DNA of 38,372 bases, taken from contig JAGTWP010000007.1 of NCBI GenBank assembly GCA_018260755.1, forward strand, positions 1-38,372, written 5' to 3'. The first letter of the stretch is position 1, and each line of letters starts with the position of its first letter. Below, one piece after another: positions 36,396-38,372 of this stretch. This DNA is from Candidatus Altarchaeum sp. (GTDB lineage: Archaea; Altiarchaeota; Altiarchaeia; Altiarchaeales; Altiarchaeaceae). The notes beneath the pieces were generated by a model that made no database searches, was not told the origin of the DNA, and was given only the letters and a program-made list of their open reading frames with translations. Both the position numbers and the translations under genes were made by a program.

Positions 36396-36467
36396 TGCGG
36401 TCACCGGGATTCGGACCCGAGTTACAAGATTGGCAACCTCGTGTGATAGCCACTACACTATGACCGC
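36396..36467 (-). tRNA. tRNA-Gly (anticodon GCC), no intron, CCA not encoded
   Basis: The minus strand reads GCGGTCA TA GTGT AGTGGCTA TCAC A CGAGG TTGCCAA TCTTG TAAC TCGGG TCCGAAT CCCGG TGACCGC A. It has a 7-bp acceptor stem, a 5-bp T stem and anticodon loop UUGCCAA. It is the only GC-rich island in its intergenic region. Confidence 0.85.
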
Positions 36468-36522
36468 AGTAATGAAAACACAATAACAAGAATTATGAAT
36501 GAAATATATTAAATTTAAAAAT

Positions 36523-37173
36523 TTACCCCTTTTTAGGAGATATTAAAGGCACAAACATACACTCGCACAATAATGTTTTTTTAATTTTTGTTTGTGAAAT
36601 TTTTTCAGCCAGTATTAAATTTTGAAGATAACTGCCTCCGACAGGAATAACCATCTTTCCACCTATTTTTAATTGCTCTATCAACGGACCCGGAATTTCA
36701 ACAGGTGCTGCGGTAACAATTATTTTATCATAAGGTGCTTCATCTTTATATCCGTAATAACCATCTCCATGCAATATTTTAATATTATTATAATTTTTCA
36801 GTTTTTCTTTTGTAATTTCTATAAGTTCGGGAATTCGTTCAATAGTATAAATTTTTCCTTTTATTGCTATTTCTACAAGTATCGCCGCCTGATACCCACT
36901 TCCGCAGCCAATTTCCAAAATTTTATCATTCTCTTGAATGTCAAGCACTTCTGTCATTAATCCAACGATGCTGGGGGCGGAAATTGTCTGTTTAAAACCG
37001 ATAGGAATAGGATAGTCGGAATAAGCATCAACCCTATAGTCATTCGGAACAAATTTTGCCCTGTCAACCTTTAGCATAGCAGATATAACTTTCTCACTCT
37101 TTATGTAATTATACTTTATTAAGTGCTGAACCATTCCTTTCTTTGCTCCTTCAAGAGCAAATTTTAATTCCAT
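36523..37173 (-). CDS. pcm: Protein-L-isoaspartate O-methyltransferase
   Basis: QTISAPSIVGLMTEVLDI, the SAM motif ILEIGCGSGYQAAIL, and YDKIIVTAAPVEIPGPLIEQLKIGGKMVIPVG match the family. Confidence 0.9.
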   Translation of the reverse strand: MELKFALEGAKKGMVQHLIKYNYIKSEKVISAMLKVDRAKFVPNDYRVDAYSDYPIPIGFKQTISAPSIVGLMTEVLDIQENDKILEIGCGSGYQAAILVEIAIKGKIYTIERIPELIEITKEKLKNYNNIKILHGDGYYGYKDEAPYDKIIVTAAPVEIPGPLIEQLKIGGKMVIPVGGSYLQNLILAEKISQTKIKKTLLCECMFVPLISPKKG

Positions 37174-37198
37174 TTATGAGTTTTAAATTTAACAAAAT

Positions 37199-38107
37199 TT
37201 AAAAGACCTGTTGTAATTTTGGCACAACTTGTTTTTTCCTTGACATTAATCCGGGAATGTAAACAAAATTTCCAACTACTTTAATGCCAAATGCCTTTTC
37301 AATTTTACTTTTATCTCCGGCAAAGAATAATTCGCTTCCTTCTTTAATTATATCCGTTGCCACAAAAACAGTCATTTCGTAGTTCTCATTTTTTAAATTT
37401 TCCAGAAATTTTGAAATTTGAGCTTTTATTTCGTAAATTTCATTAATGTCAACAATCTCGGTTTGCCCTATTCCGACTTTTTTTCCGTTGAAATCAAATT
37501 CCTTAAAGTCGGCCATAATTATGCTTTCAACTGTTTTTCCTCTGATGCTGCCCTTCGCTTTCTTTATATCAATTCCGAATTTAATAAGAGCATCTATTCC
37601 TACTGCCTTTGCCAGTTCGTTTGCTATTTTTTTGTCTTCTTCTGTTGTTGTGGGCGATTTAAAAACAACCGTGTCCGAAAGAATTGCCGAAAGCAACAAT
37701 CCTTTGATTTTTTTCTTTTCATTTACTTCTATTTTCTCTATATCGCTTTCAAAATATTTTGCGATGACCGTTGCAGTGCTTCCCAATGGTTCTGTTAAAA
37801 ATTTTATCGGTTTATCGTAGGAAAATTTTATCTTATGATGGTCAATTACTTCAACAATTTCTGCTTTTTCAATTCCGTCTGCACTTTGCTGAAATTCATT
37901 ATGGTCAACCAAGACCACTTTCTTCCCTTCAACATTCTCAATTGGTCTTGGAATCTCAACGCAAAATTTTTCCAAAACAAATTTTGTTTCTTCATTGATC
38001 TCTCCCAGTCGTGCAGGTGTTAAATTTTTTATTTTTGCATACGCAATTGCCGAACAAATTGTGTCCGTATCAGGACTTTTGTGTCCGAAAACATAAATTT
38101 CTTCCAT
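37199..38107 (-). CDS. ppaC: Manganese-dependent inorganic pyrophosphatase (family II, DHH/DHHA2)
   Basis: IYVFGHKSPDTDTICSAIAYA, VLVDHNE, VIDHHK and the C-terminal DHHA2 part with GLMSRKKQVVP match family II pyrophosphatases. 302 aa. Confidence 0.9.
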   Translation of the reverse strand: MEEIYVFGHKSPDTDTICSAIAYAKIKNLTPARLGEINEETKFVLEKFCVEIPRPIENVEGKKVVLVDHNEFQQSADGIEKAEIVEVIDHHKIKFSYDKPIKFLTEPLGSTATVIAKYFESDIEKIEVNEKKKIKGLLLSAILSDTVVFKSPTTTEEDKKIANELAKAVGIDALIKFGIDIKKAKGSIRGKTVESIIMADFKEFDFNGKKVGIGQTEIVDINEIYEIKAQISKFLENLKNENYEMTVFVATDIIKEGSELFFAGDKSKIEKAFGIKVVGNFVYIPGLMSRKKQVVPKLQQVF

Positions 38108-38339
38108 TTTAAATGAATTTAGATATACTGATGTTGTTAATTATTATTTAAAAATTAATTTTTCAAATAAAAAGAAATTGTTCGTATAATAAGCTCGTAT
38201 AATAATCTGCAGTAGAAACGAACTCGGATAAATTTATTTTACCTTTATTTGTCCTTTCTTCTTTTCTACATTTAATAATTTAAATTTTTTCTAAATATTA
38301 TTTTTATTTTTTACCATTTTTATTTTTATTTTTATTTTA

Positions 38340-38372
38340 GGTAGTGCTAAGCAAGTAATGATAAAATTCAAT
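38340..38372. mobile_element. Left end of a second copy of the TTGGTAGT MITE-like element, cut by the window edge
   Basis: GGTAGTGCTAAGCAAGTAATGATAAAATTCAAT aligns with 9292-9325, GGTAGTACTAAAACAGTAAATGATAAAATTTAAT. Confidence 0.55.

Overview
This is a very AT-rich archaeal chromosomal segment (roughly 30% GC by eye, not computed). The gene content points to a methanogen-like euryarchaeon: PriS primase, Nop5, ribosomal protein L35Ae, archaeal-type SAM synthetase, SepCysS, an archaeal S26B signal peptidase, split CarB and archaeal/eukaryal-type GlyRS. I cannot assign a taxon by eye. About 36 protein genes are mostly housekeeping: carB C-half, priS, cmk, rpl35ae, an IPMDH/tartrate-DH-family enzyme, trmI, glyS, nop5, an orphan 2-oxoacid:ferredoxin oxidoreductase alpha subunit, SepCysS, mat, pdxS/pdxT, serA plus an ACT protein, pcm and ppaC. 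There is also one tRNA-Gly(GCC). Several elements are not visible in the ORF track. (1) A textbook C/D box sRNA lies at 28533-28596. (2) A MITE family of about 155-250 bp has 12-bp TIRs (GTAACTATTCAG) and 8-bp target-site duplications; it has three copies, and two inverted copies bracket the SepCysS/SAM-synthetase block. (3) A second MITE-like family has copies at 9290-9407 and at the window end. (4) There is a decayed IS scar with a transposase C-terminal stub, plus a solo IS end 26 kb away. (5) There are several tandem-repeat arrays: a 12-bp satellite at the window start, and coding minisatellites that add charged tails to CarB, TrmI and Nop5. The main accessory locus is a pair of adjacent giant secreted parallel-beta-helix proteins (11346-17035) with shared Cys-rich cap modules and dockerin-like C-termini. 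I found no CRISPR array, reverse transcriptase, recognisable defence or toxin-antitoxin cassette, or prophage. The best candidates for something undescribed are the MITE family, the dockerin-tailed surface-protein pair and the sRNA. All three need database or expression checks that I cannot run here.
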